The notes: a model not told the origin generated them from the sequence alone. DNA of 64,000 nt from Vicugna vicugna (GCA_013265495.1 MU058540.1:85696-149695); one strand, 5' to 3'. Positions 1-12,708 are shown, counted from the stretch's first letter. Translations and numbers: made by a program.

Positions 1-76
1 GAACCTGTGCCCTTAGATAATTCAAAGCAAAGGAATTTTCCAGGCTTCTTCCAGGGCTCTTCATAAAAATGCTTCA

Positions 77-120
77 ACTGGCAACTGAGGTGTCAGCTCA
101 GGGAATTTCTCTGACGGGCT
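77..120 (+). promoter_or_regulatory. DYA proximal class II X1/X2-Y promoter module, Y box degenerate
   Basis: ACTGGCAACTGAGGTGTCA (77-95) resembles the DRA X1/X2 box CCTAGCAACAGATGCGTCA. Exactly 15 nt later CTGACGGGCT (111-120) occupies the Y-box position (consensus CTGATTGGYY). Confidence 0.75.
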
Positions 121-1479
121 GAAGCATGATACAGCAGGGTTAGGCCTTGTGGCCTACTCCTGCCTGGTTTCCTCCGCTAGTTCTCCTCTTTAGATCTCCT
201 TCCTTGCAAGATCGCATCACAGCTCCACTCAGAACAGCCACTCCTGAGGAGACCCTTGGAGGAGGATGTCCCTGAAGAAGGCCTTGATTCTAGGGGCCGT
301 CATTCTGGCCGCCATGATAAGCCCGGGTGGAGGTGAAGACATCGTGGGTGAGTGCACGGTGGAGGGGTGTGGATTTAGAATTGCCCAGGAGAGTGGAGAC
401 AGCAGTGAATGGGGTGCGGAATCATAGTAAGTAGTCTGTGAAACCCCAGTTCCCCTGAATCTGAATTCTGATGTTTATTTTCCCTCCAAGCCAAAACCCC
501 AGCCCTAAAAATCCATGCTTAGTTCATAGATTAAATTTCATGATGTCCCCATGTCATTGCAGTGCTCACCAAAGGTCTTTTTCTCTTTCTAATATCAGAA
601 ACAACTAATACACCCTGAAGGTTGTTACGGCATTAATTTATGGTAGATCCTAATGTTAGAGCTATTTCTCCAAATATATTGCTTCTCTTAACAGCAACTT
701 ATGAACCTACTCCTCCTAACCCTCTCTACACTTTTTCAAAGCTATTACTAATTTTGTCTACATGATTTCTTAGGGTACTCAAGTCCATAAATTTTCTGCA
801 CCACATACAAAATAGCATGTCATTTTTTCTGGTTTCCAACATAATTTATATTTTCCAAGTTTGGGCTCGGGAGGTGAGGAGGATGAATTTTACTGTAGAT
901 GGTTGCAATTAGAGAAATATAATTAATTAGCTGAATGACATTGAGGGAGTCAGCTCACTACATTGATCTTCATTTTTCTCATATGGAAAAATAATTGATT
1001 GACTCATCGTTCTAAAGAACACATAATCAAAATAAGGATGCAGATGTGTATCTTAAATAACAAAGAACTATATAATGCCAAGATATAGCATGACTATTAC
1101 AAGTGTAACTTCACTTTTGTTTATCTGTTTCAGAACTGTGCATAATGTATGGTGGAAAACCTAGGATCTTACAGTAGGTTAGTCTCAGCTTGTCAACCCA
1201 AACTACCAGTCCTGTCACCTCCAGCCAGTAAAGCTCTAAAGAGAGGATAAAAACGGACTAATGATGGTTCTTTCGCCCCTCTGCCCCTCCCTTCCCTACT
1301 CACAGCACCTTCTGGATCTGTGGCTTTATTCTACCACATCTCAGTCTCCTCTCCAGACATTTGTCCTGCTATGTCATGGGCATTGACAACAGTTATTGAA
1401 ACCTGAAGTGAAAAAGCCAAGCCAAGGAAAATAGAGGAGACGTGGAATATGATAGAACCTTCAAAACCTTTCCCAATAG

Positions 1480-1870
1480 TGATTCATTAAGTCAACAAAT
1501 ATTTAGTGAGGTATCAAGCACTCCTCTGGGTGCTTGGCATAAAACAAGGTTTCTATCCATAAGAAACTGATGTTCTTGCAATAAGAGACAGATAATTTTT
1601 TTAAAAAAACAGATTTTATAAGTAACTAAATTCCATAATATGCTAAGAAAGATATAAATGCTATAAAATTAAGAGATTAGGTGATTAGACATGAGCTTAA
1701 GAATTAAAATTATCTATTCATTATTTATTCATTTATTTAACAAATATGATTGAAATCTTACCATGTACCATGAAACCTACTGGACAGTGGAAGTACAAAG
1801 TGAACAAGACAGAGCATCTCAGTGCCTCTTGGAGTATACATTATCATGGGAAAGACAATATACATGGAAA
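1480..1870 (-). mobile_element. Old LINE-2 3'-end fragments in DYA intron 1
   Basis: ATTCATT...CAACAAATATTTA(T/G)TGA motifs at ~1482 and ~1716, typical of L2 termini. Boundaries approximate. Confidence 0.5.
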
Positions 1871-2811
1871 CATTTTTAAGAGATAATACTTAACACTTAC
1901 CTCTCAATAATCCTAAGATACAAAAGACAGAAATGGGAACTGATATCAGACCATGCCAAATATGAATCTACACTACTTGGAATACAGTTTCTTATGCTTC
2001 CGTGTTTAATAAAGTTCTTTCCCCTCCCGCTCTATCTTACCTTCCTGTTCTTACCTTCCTGCTCTGGAATGGCCCCGCCTCAGCTGACCACGTGGGCACT
2101 TACGGCACAAATGTCTACCAGACGTACGACGCCTTTGGCCAGTTTACGTTTGAATTTGATGGCGATGAGCTATTCTACGTGGACCTGGAAAAAAGGGAAG
2201 TAGTCTGGCGGCTGCCTGAGTTTAACAATCTTACCAAGTTTGAAACTCAGAGTGCCCTGAGAAACATTGTTATGTCAAAAAGAAATTTGGACATCTTGAT
2301 AAAAAAATTCCAACTTTACACCTGCCACCAATGGTAAGTGTCTACAGTTCTGCCTCTTCACCGACTCTCCCTCACATTCCAGGTCTCTCTTTCTTCCCCA
2401 GGGTAGCTGCTCTTCCCATTACACTCTAAATTCCTCCACCTTCCTATTTCATTTCCTAGCAAATACCCAGTCCCCATCTGTAAACATCTATATAAATCTC
2501 CCTCCCCGAAGTTCCATGAGACACTCCTTGTGTTCCTGCAAGAGGATGTGCCCAGCCTTGTGGCCTAAGTAGCAAACACAGACGCACACACTGTGCCCAG
2601 TGGATCCCCAATGACAGGAAAGTGTTCTAAGCTTCACAGTGATTCAAAAGAAGAGGACAGATCAGAAGAACATTCACAATACAGTTCAGAGGACAGTTCA
2701 GAATCTGTGGATGAAGATGGCAGCACCCCTTCTGAAGTCACCATAGATAACATTCATCTTCCTTATTTAGAAGATGGAAAAGCTAGAATTTTTGGACAGT
2801 TCTGCCAGTAA

Positions 2812-2877
<66 letters not shown>
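2812..2877. repeat. (AAT)22 microsatellite in DYA intron 2
   Basis: Perfect AAT run read directly. Confidence 0.95.
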
Positions 2878-2883
<6 letters not shown>

Positions 2884-4241
2884 TATATATATATGATCTA
2901 AGAAACAGGTGAAAATAAACGGAGGTGGTTGCTTACTGTAAAGTGAGCCTAAAAGGACATAAAAAATGGCTCACTAGCAGTTGGGGAGCTGTGTGTGTGG
3001 GCTCCCCAAAATGATTCAAAGACTCAAGGCACAGTTGACAGACATTCAAATCCGTCTTTGGTCTTCATTGTAGAAATCCCTGAAGTGGCCGTGTTTCCCA
3101 AGTCTTCCGTGATCCCAGGAATTCCCAACACCCTCATCTGTCACGTGGACAACATCTTTCCCCCCGTGATCAACATCACTTGGTTTCGCAATGGACGCTT
3201 CGTTGCAGAAGGTATCACTGAGACCACATTCTACCCCAAGAGCGACCACTCCTTCCGCAAGTTGAGTTACCTCACTTTTCTTCCCTCCGCTGCCGATTTC
3301 TATGACTGCAGGGTGGAGCACTGGAGCCTGGACGCGCCGCTCGTCAAGCACTGGGGTAAGTTTAAATCTCATCGTTGTTTGTGCCCCCTCTGATGCGGCG
3401 CGGAATCCACATAGCCTTGCCTTATAGCCCATAACCCCCAGGGCCGCCACTTCATTTCCCACAATTGCAGCGTTTTCTAATAATTGACTTTACTCTTCTT
3501 CCAAAGCCCAGGAGCCCCGTGCATTTCCCGACACACGCACCCTCATTCACACACAGTAGCCCTACATACTGTGTCCTCTGACCCTATAAGTTTCTTTTTT
3601 CTCAGAGCTTGAGATTCTGACCCCTGTGTCAGAGCTGACAAAGACTGTGGTCTGCGCCCTGGGGTTGGCCGTGGGCCTCGTGGGCATCGTGGTGGGCACT
3701 GTCCTCATGATCCGAGGCCGGCACTCAGGTGGTCCCTCCAGACACCGAAGGGCCATGTGACTCGTGGCCTGGAAAACTGGAAGGTAAGAATCAGATGCAT
3801 AAGATCTGGAAAGATGTTACCACAGGTGGTGACAGCAAGGGTGGAAAACTGGCATCCAGGATACATAAATGTGTTTGAATAATTGTGGGCAAATTGGAGA
3901 TGGGTTGACCTTGGGTCGGGAGCACAGGACCTGTCAATCTCATGCTGGTTGCTGTTTCAGGTAATCAGCCTTTACAAGAAAAGAGAGGAATGGTTCAGAC
4001 TCTAGTTCCCTGTTTGGCCTTGATATATAACTTACACGTGCTCCCTGTTCCACCTCATCCACATCCCTGTTTCCCTGTTTGAGTGGAATTTATGGAGACA
4101 TTTTCCTTCAAAGACCACTGACCCTTATGAATTCTTCCACCTTAGTCTTCAATTCATCACCTACGTTTCACAGGCAGACCTGGACCGTTCTACCCAGCCA
4201 CCTAGTTCTTGGTCACGCTAATCCAATATCTGTGCCAAAAG

Positions 4242-4251
4242 AATAAATAAA
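4242..4251 (+). terminator. DYA polyadenylation signal (overlapping AATAAA x2)
   Basis: AATAAATAAA about 280 nt into the 3'UTR exon, followed by T-rich sequence. Confidence 0.7.
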
Positions 4252-5394
4252 TCTCTTTCTTTGCTTGGAGCATACATTTTCTCTGTCTTTTTTTATAGGG
4301 TTATTTTGGGTCATATATAAGAATGGGAGCACTTGTGTTGTAATGTTAGCAGAAATCTCAGCTCTGTTTAACTTGTTTCTCAAGTCACGTTAATACTCAC
4401 AGCCAAAGTGTCAAAATGATATTGTTACTTAATAAATGTGAGGTTTTTTTTCCCCCTCCCTGTACTTCCTTTTTGCTCGCTCGTTACCCATTTAAGTATC
4501 AGGTGAAGAGAGTGTATACTTTCTCCCCTCAGTTTAGTGTTTTTCTATGTAAAATGCAGAAAAAGGGGAAAGACAATGTTCAGGTTTTTAATTTTAAAAT
4601 AGAAGTCTAAATCTGTACTTTAAACACAAAAATTGTATTTTGAGGACACAAAGTCAGAAAAATGCAGCCATAAATATTGGATTTGTCCAAAATGCAGAAT
4701 AATGTGAGCGATATCCTCTCCATTTTCATCCCCTGAAGAGATGGAAACTCTCCGGGTTAGGATGAGACACAAGTTAGAAGCGAGAACAACAGAATGAGAT
4801 AACGCTGTCTGTGTCTTAGAAAGTGCCGCCCACTTTTCTTTCATGTGGGTTAATATCAGTGAGAAGGGAGAGATGGAGGTCGCAGACTGGATAAAAGGGC
4901 CCAGAGCAGAGGTAGCCTCACTGCCCTGTAGGCACCACCGTTTGTCGTTTGTCTGTAGCATAAATACAACATAAATTCACTCCTTGCACAAGCTCATAAA
5001 TTATGTTTTTGACAACATTTAAATTTGGGTTGTCTTTAGTTGTATGAGACTTTGTAAGTTAATTGAGATTTCAATAAAGTATTAACATCACAGTATTTCA
5101 AATTTGCATACAATATAATCCATTAGTAATCACAAAATGGGCTGTTGAGAGGACCCACGAGGTGATACATATATGATATTTAGTTTAATAGTTGGTAGAC
5201 AGTGAGCCCCAAATATATGTTAACTACGAGTATAACTCGTATTTCCTGGACTTGAAACTCCAGTCTCAATGTCCAAACTCTGGGAACCAAGTTTAGTCCA
5301 TGCTGAGCATTCTTTTTGCTTAAACTAGCTAGTCTCCCATTAGGCATTCATATCTTTCTTCTTCCTTGCCCTCTCTCTTTCTTTCCTTCCTTCT

Positions 5395-6122
5395 TATTTC
5401 ATTGTGGTAAAATAGACATAACATAAAATTTACCATTTTAACCATTTCAAGTGTACAGGTCAGTGGCATTAAGCGCATTCACACTGTTGTGCTATCATCA
5501 CCACATCCAGCTCCAGAACTTCTGTGTCATCCCAAACTGAAACCCTGCACCCGTTGAATAATAACTTTCTATTTCCATTCTTCCTCCAGCCCCTAGTAAC
5601 CATCAACTTACTTTTTATCTCTGTAAATTTAAGTGTATCTCATATAAGTGTAATAAGACACTATTTGTCCTTTTGTGCCTGACTTATTTCAATTAGCATA
5701 ACATCTTCAAGATTCACCCATGTTACATGTGTTATTATTTCCTTCCTTTTTAAGATTGACTAATATCCCATTGTGTGCGTACACCCCATTTTGTTTATCG
5801 AGTCATCCATCAATGTACATTTGAGTTTTCCCACTGTTAGCTGTTGAGAATAATGTTTCTATGGACACCGCTGTTTGAGTCCCTGCTTTCAATTCTTTGG
5901 AGATACAGTTAGATATAGATACAGGTATAGATCGATATCTCCAATTGCTAGATCATATGGTGATTTCATGTTTAACTTTTTGAGGGACCACCATACTGTT
6001 CTCCACAGTGGCTGCACCATTTTATATTCCTAACAGTAATGCATATGGTTTCCAATTTCTACATCCACACCAGCACTTACTATTTTCTAAGTTTTTGATA
6101 ATAACCATTCTAATGGGTGTGC
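5395..6122 (-). mobile_element. LINE-1 3' end (L1MA/MB-like)
   Basis: Antisense L1 3' motifs (ttaccattttaaccatttcaagtgtacag; ccatactgttctccacagtggctgcaccatttta). Confidence 0.8.
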
Positions 6123-7589
6123 AAAAATGGTGAATCTCACAAAATATTTATCAAAAAAAACAATAAATAGAATTATTTTGTATTTATAAAAAATTCAAAA
6201 TCATTCGTACATTAAAAAGTAAGAAAATAATTTTCACAAATTCAGAGTAGTATTTTCTTCTTAAAAGAAAGGACAATTAGATAATTAGTAATAATTGGTA
6301 TTTAGAGGGTGCACACAAAATGCTTCTGGGAGGGTGGCTGTTTTCTGTTTTATAACCCGTGTAGTTAATTATTGATTAAATTCTGCACACACGTTTATGA
6401 AACTTTCTACAGAAATTACTTGTCACTGAAAGAAATGCTACGATTAAATCCCGGATTATGAAACATTGTTTTCAGGTCATGAGCTAGAGAATCATGTATG
6501 CAGCTTTCCTAGATACAAATCCAGTTCAGGAAATATAAATCCAATTTACTTGGGAAATGAATACTTTAAGGTAAGTGACATGCTTACACTTAAGAGAAGT
6601 GAAGAGCTTGTAAACGAATAGCAATTTAAGATTCAATGCCCTCCAAGGATATGGATCTATGAGAAAAATGATTGTTGGAAGGATCATGGTGATTCTTGCC
6701 CATCTTGCCCTCATTAAAGGACCCCCAGGCTCAGGTCAAGATAAAAAGTTTACATGAGGCATATATTGTTGGATGGGATATAGAAAAATAGCAAACATCT
6801 TCTGTAGAATGGTGAGACTCCTTCTTGGAAAAGGTCTTCTAGTGACAAAGCTTCAAAAAGAACATCACCAGTGATGTTTGAAGGCAAGTGACAGGTACCA
6901 AGTTTAGGAAATACCTGAAACTGGAAGTGGTAGCTTCATGGGTCCCTCACAAAGCAAGACAATAGGGAAGTGGTAAGCACTTCATGGAAAAGTAAAAACC
7001 CTTAAAAAAAAAAAAAAGATGGGGGAAGGAATCATTGGTACAGCCAGTTACTGAAAGTGGCAAAACAAAAAATTAAAAATAATAAATGAGGCTTTTGCGC
7101 CCTGCAGAAGACCTGTGTTTGACTCAGATTTCACTCATGCAGATGTGCACTGACAAAAGGGTAAATGTTGACCTGTAATTGGAGGGCGCTTCATCAGAAC
7201 CACTTCCTCTTGAATTTTATATTGCACAGGGAAAAAGGGAAAGAATTATCTGGATCTAAACATATTACGTTCCTAATATATTGTAAAATTGTGAAAGGAA
7301 GAGTTTGCATGTACTGACAGAGGCATACAGGAAGAGTGGGTGGTTAACTGCTACACTGTTAGACTCAGTTGCAAAACAATACAAAGGGGGCTCGTGGCTG
7401 TTGGATAAGCAAGATGGAGCAATGGATTTTAAGAATCCCATAAGCAAAAACTAGTAGATTAATTTATTGTCTTTCTGAATTTACAGAGAAATAAATCTCC
7501 CTGGAAATCTGTTACTGGTTTTGAGATGAGAAATTGTAATTAGAAAAAAATGAAGTGTGGTCTGAGATAAACAACTATAGGTCCACATC

Positions 7590-7680
7590 CTTGGTGAAAC
7601 ATGAAAAGCACAACATATACATATAATATATATAAAAAATATATATATATTATATGCTGTGTTTCTCATGTTTCACCAAG
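7590..7680. repeat. Inverted repeat with ~30-bp arms around a (TA)-rich spacer
   Basis: CTTGGTGAAACATGAAAAGCACAACATATA ... TATATGCTGTGTTTCTCATGTTTCACCAAG, 3 mismatches in 30. Confidence 0.9.
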
Positions 7681-7749
7681 AATATATATATATATATTTT
7701 TTTTTACATTTAACCTGGCTTTTGACAAGAATGCATAAGTCATTTGTTT

Positions 7750-9310
7750 TAAATCAGGTTCCCCTAAAAGCCAAGTCTAAGGGCTTGGGTACAGATGGTT
7801 TAACTGGGAGATGGCCTAGGGAACAAGAGTGATGAAACAGGAACAGTGAAAGAGAAAAGGAGGAAGAAAAACAAAAGACACATGTGTTACTGAGATCACT
7901 GCCCTGGACAACGGAGACTCCATGTCACTGAGAAACATCCGGCTTAGCAAACACAATACCTTCCATAAACGTTTGCCTGAAGCACAAGAGTGTTAAACAT
8001 TTATCTACGCTCTCCTACTCCCCATTGGTTGAGGGTTGCCTCTGGGGCATTAATTCCCCTAAGTCTTCGGGCTATACTTGAACAGAGCCCAAGTGTCCTC
8101 CATTAACATTGGAGACAGCTCTGCGTAGCAAGAAAAGATATGCTTTAGGGAGGACACTGCCAGTGCCAGATGAGTCTGAATTTTCTCCTAATTTTCTACT
8201 GCAGCTGCGACTAAAACCAAAGTTGGGTCACAGCGACGTGACATGGGTGCCAGATTCCGCCACTTGCACTGCTAAGACCCAACTGCAGCCCTCATTAAGT
8301 CCACTGTGTCACTGACTCTTTAACCTTGTGGGTGATTCCAAGTACCACAAAAGGCATAACAAAGAGACCTCATGGCTTAAGTGCCAGCTCCTGCTGGCCC
8401 CAAGGCTGCAACTGACATTTGTCACCTCCCATTTTAGCTTTCCCTCGCACTATGTCAGGACTTCAACTCGGCTAACTCGTTTTCTTGATGGGGTGGCACA
8501 CACTTTCATCACTTAGAAGACTGAGACCTTACTTGCCGTGCCTTGTCAGGCATGGCTTTCTCCAGGGAAGCGCAGGGATTCACACCGCCACATCTCTTGG
8601 GACTTGACGGAGACTCCTTGCGCATCCACAGCCGAACACGGACAACGTGGGCTCCACCGGCTGTGTCAGGCATGTGGCCTCCGCAGCGGGGAAGCTCGCA
8701 TCACAGGCTGGATGTGCTGAAAACCCTCTCTTGCTCTTGGCCCAAACGTGTTGTCTATAAATGGGTCAGAGCAGTGTTCCCAAGCATAAAATAGAATATA
8801 CTGCCTCCAGGGTCCAAAGGGATCCCCCAAGTGCTGTAGGGAGAACAAGGTGTCCCTCTTACCCTCAAGATGCTGTCCCGACATACCCCACACTCTAAAA
8901 ACCTATGGCTTGAGTCTGGGTAAACAACCAAGAGTGTGTCTGTGACCCACTGGATCCCCTGGGAGACAACTGAGGCCAGAGCTTGCTCTGCTCTCTGAGC
9001 CCCATAAGCTCTCGTTCTCACCTGGTGGGAATGGCCCTCACATCACCTGGTGCCAGTGCCGCTCACACCTAGTACCCAGCAGCCTTCAAAACGTTTCCTT
9101 TACCTGGTACACAATTACACTAGCAAATGGTCCTTCCTGGTGGTTTTATGTTGGAGGGCACCTTTCCAGTTGGGCCTGGTCTCCCCTTCAGACAGTGAAT
9201 ATGGGGTCGAGAACGGGCTCAGATCTGGAAAGTGGGAACATGGCAGTTTTCCAGCGTGGTGGCTGATAGTAGCGTACTGGTCACGATCTCCTCAGTTTTT
9301 CTGGTGATAC
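7750..9310. mobile_element. Degenerate ERVL-MaLR (MLT-like LTR plus internal sequence)
   Basis: MLT1-like start (ggttcccctaaaagcc...tttaactgggagatggcctaggg) followed by sequence resembling MLT/ERVL internal regions, with no intact ORF. Recognised by eye. Confidence 0.45.
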
Positions 9311-9399
9311 AGGCCCTCGTCAGCGTCCCGTCCGTCTCCCCCTAAGGGCACCGCGCTATGATTGTTACCATCACAGATCCCGGCCGTCCAGCCGCACTT

Positions 9400-9890
9400 T
9401 CAGAACTTCATATACAGGAAATCACACTGCGCGTGCCCTTTTGGGTCTAACTTCTTTCCCCAACATGACGCTTGTGAGATTCATCCGTGTTGTTGCCTGT
9501 ATGAGAGAATTGTTCCTTTTTACTCTGTGAAAATATGGAATTTGTTGATCTATTATTTCGTTGATAGATTTTTTAGTTATTTCCTGTTCGAGACTAGTAT
9601 AAATAATGCTGCTTAAAATATTTTTAACAAGTCATTTTGTAGACGTATGTTTACATTTCTTTAGGCAAAAACTTACAAGCAGTATTGTTGTGTCATAGGG
9701 CAAGTCTATCTTTATAAGAAATAGCCAGACTTTAAAAAATCTGATTGTACTGTTTTACACTCTCAAGAACAAAATGTGAGATTTGGGCTGTAACACACCT
9801 TGACATCAGGTAATACCAGTTTTTCTTTTAACTTAGCCATTTGTGTGTGTGCAGTGATATCTATTGGATTTAATTTGCATTCCTATTTAG
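9400..9890 (-). mobile_element. Old LINE-1 3' fragment
   Basis: Antisense L1 motifs (tgtgagattcatccgtgttgttg; ttttacactctca; tttaatttgcattccta). Confidence 0.6.
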
Positions 9891-10168
9891 AGCTTTATTT
9901 CACCACAAAATGTAAATGTGGAAGGTTTACAGTCATACAGATCCCTCCACCCTCTCCCTTTTATGTTACAGTGTCATGTAGAGTACTTCTCCATGCAGTG
10001 AAAACCCCACCACGCAATGTTAAAATCTCTGTTCTCTGTTGGAGGCCGAGAATATAACATTGATATTTGGGGTGGAGGGAAATTTGGGTGAAACTAATTT
10101 TTATTGTACCAAACTTTCACCCATGAAAGGAGAAAGTTTTGGTTTGTGTTTGTGAAACCAAAGAGGAA

Positions 10169-10171
10169 TGT

Positions 10172-10205
<34 letters not shown>
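10169..10205. repeat. (TG)n microsatellite
   Basis: Read directly, one interruption. Confidence 0.9.
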
Positions 10206-10208
<3 letters not shown>

Positions 10209-10639
10209 GGGCCCGGAGGCGGGTTAATTACATAGTGTTTACCTTTGTTATGGAGGCAACTCATGTAGGAGTGATTGATTCAAAGGGCAGCTGGGGTGCT
10301 AAGTAGAGGATGACTAGTGCTAAGATCAAACACAGTTGGTGCTAAGCCGTGCCTGTGTGTAGAGTTATGATCCCTGTTAGCAACCGGAGTAAGTCTGACG
10401 TACAATTTGAAATGAGAGCATGATGGTGTTGCAAAGAAGAGACAGAACTTGAAACAGAAACAGTTGCTTATTTAGCATGTGTATTTATTGTCATTTTATG
10501 TATGATTATGGATTCAGAGTCAGCTGATTGAAATGGAGTAGTCCACTCAGGCCACCATAACAAAATACCCCAGACTGGTTGGCTTAACAGGTGGAATTTA
10601 ATTTATATAAGCATTATTATCTATATTAGTATCTAATAT

Positions 10640-11100
10640 AGGCCGGGTAATATTCCAGGCTAGGGAGATAGTGTTTTGTAAGACGAGGCTCCTCCTATCA
10701 AAGAAAACAAATAAGGTATAAGGTTTATCATATAGTAATGACAGCTCTGTGTTTAAAAAAAAAAAGTGACTGGGAGTGATTTGAAGAAACTACTTTAGGC
10801 TGAGTGATCAGAAATGGCCATTCTAAGAAAACACTATTTGAACTGAGATTTGAATGACAGGAACGAGGCCGTCATTCAAAATCCGAAGCAAACCGCTCCA
10901 GGCATTGAGAACGGGAGTGCGAATCACCAAGGCGGGATCGACCTCGCAGGTGTGAGGGACGCGCAGCCAGCGAGCGTGGCTGAGGTACAGGGAGCGGGAG
11001 AACGTCGTGTTTGGAGTGGATAAAGCCGTCGGGAAAGACACTGTGTAGAAGAGTTATTTGGATTTCTCTGTGCTTTTCTGGAAAACACCCTGGCCACAGC
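10640..11100 (-). mobile_element. LINE-2 fragment
   Basis: L2-like motifs (atttgaactgagatttgaatgac; gtggctgagg; ttggatttctctgtg). Confidence 0.45.
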
Positions 11101-12055
11101 AGACCGAAAGGGAAAATGTGGTAATGCTGGCTTCTCTCCAGTGAAACCAAAGCCTGTGGTTCACAAGATGAAGAGGAAATTATAAGACTGTTCTCAGACA
11201 AGTCATCATTCACTGAAAAAAGCAAGCCATAAAAATATCTTAAAATAGTGCATAAGAGACAGACAAATCAATTATTTCTCATTGAGAATCACATATAAAT
11301 TAATTTGCTGTGAGTTTGGGGCACAAGATGGAATAGAATTTGTGGTGGTTATATTAAGTAGAAAAGGTCTATTGGACCTAAAAGTGATTCATCTGTACAT
11401 TGTCTGTCGTGGAACAATACCATCCTCCCTAATTCCCATTGCAGAGGGTTTGATCTGGAAATTACCTGTGTTACTAATAGAAATGAAGGAGAATTTGTAA
11501 GGATTCCCTGTTCCCATGTGTGGTGATTGGCATGCAATATACCTCTCACCGTCTTCTAGTGCTTTTGTCCTGTACTGTAGACAATGTGAAACTGTAAAAG
11601 TACATTTCTGGATAATCTTGGATGTCATCTAGCTTTGGCGAATCAGCCACATTCTGGGGAAGCGTGGACATGCTTAGATTTTTCCTCTCCTGAAAAGACA
11701 CTCATGTGGAGGTGCTTTGGGTTTTGGGTAATGTTTTTGTTTGTTTGTTTGTTTTGGTGGCAGAATTTGGAGGTATTTTCCTGTCTGAAAGTTTACTTCG
11801 TGATGTAGAGAGGCAGCATGCTGCGTGTCCTTTTCACTGGTGCAGACTGTGGCAGGTGACATAGGACATCACCCAGACATCAAAGCCAATTATAAAATTA
11901 TAGTAATTAAAAGTGTGGTATTAGCACAGGAGTACAAAAGATACACCAAAGAAAGTAGAAAAGATTCCAGAAACAGATGAACCCCTGAAACAGAGATCTT
12001 CATGTAGCCAGCCAGCAAGTATTTAGTATATACTGTATACCAGGCACTATAGTGA

Positions 12056-12708
12056 TGTCAACTGGGGAAAAAAAATACACAACCTAAAAGCTGAGACATC
12101 TTTTATTCAGCAGACTTGCTGAGGACTTAAGCTGGGAAGACAGCCTGTGAGATTGCTCTGAGGGACTGCTCCGAAGAGATAAGGGAGGAGCCAGGATATA
12201 CAGGAGATTTTAACAACAAAAACCAGGTAGTGGGAACATCAAATATGACTGATAATTAAAGAAAAAACAAACATCCCATATGGTTTTGATTTTAACAGGA
12301 TTGTGAAATTTTGTGTAATCTAATTGTGGATTATATCGTTAAAGTGTTTTCGTATGTTTTTTACCTCTGAATATGTATCTTTTTAGCACCTGGGTTTTAT
12401 TTTATTTTTGTTTACACAGTAAAGTGGCATTTAACTTATTGAAAGTTGTATTCTTTTGTCTTTTATTTTAAAAGTTCTTTGTACCACTGTGATAATGCTC
12501 TGTAATGACTATGGTTAAATTTCATTTAATGTGAAATATTTAAAGTAAATTTGAAAAACAAGAAAAAATATCTCAAATTAATAAATTTAGCATGCTTCTA
12601 TGTACAGGAAGATGCAAGAATCTGGACTGAATGAAGTTATTCCTTTGATATGAACCTCAACCCATGTTTTTCTAGTCTCCTTGCCGGGATATGACCTTCT
12701 GTGGGACA
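12056..12708. mobile_element. ERV solo LTR (laurasiatherian ERV1-type), interrupted by an AT-rich insert at ~12279-12559
   Basis: Starts TGTCAACTG...acaacctaaaag; contains gctctgagggactgctccgaagag...ggagccaggatata; resumes tctcaaattaat...ggaagatgcaaga...ttcctttgatatg. Family recognised from memory; end approximate. Confidence 0.6.

Larger units (their letters stand above)
266..3760 (+). pseudogene. DYA: MHC class II DY alpha chain (DYA), frameshifted in exon 2 as sequenced (probable pseudogene)
   Basis: Coding exons 266-347 (MSLKKALILGAVILAAMISPGGGEDIV), 2084-2333 ([35 protein letters not shown]...[20 protein letters not shown]-type alpha1), 3074-3355 (alpha2 Ig-C1, [11 protein letters not shown]...YDCRVEHW) and 3606-3760 (TM/cytoplasmic, TGA 3758-3760). 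All sites are GT-AG. Exon 2 is 250 nt instead of 249 (7 A at 2301-2307). The 3'UTR exon starts at 3961. Confidence 0.85.

Noticed and set aside
2593..2811. 72-aa acidic Ser/Glu/Asp-rich ORF in DYA intron 2
   Set aside because: It has a GTG start and low complexity from a short ACAGTTCAGA repeat, with no recognisable domain or exon context.
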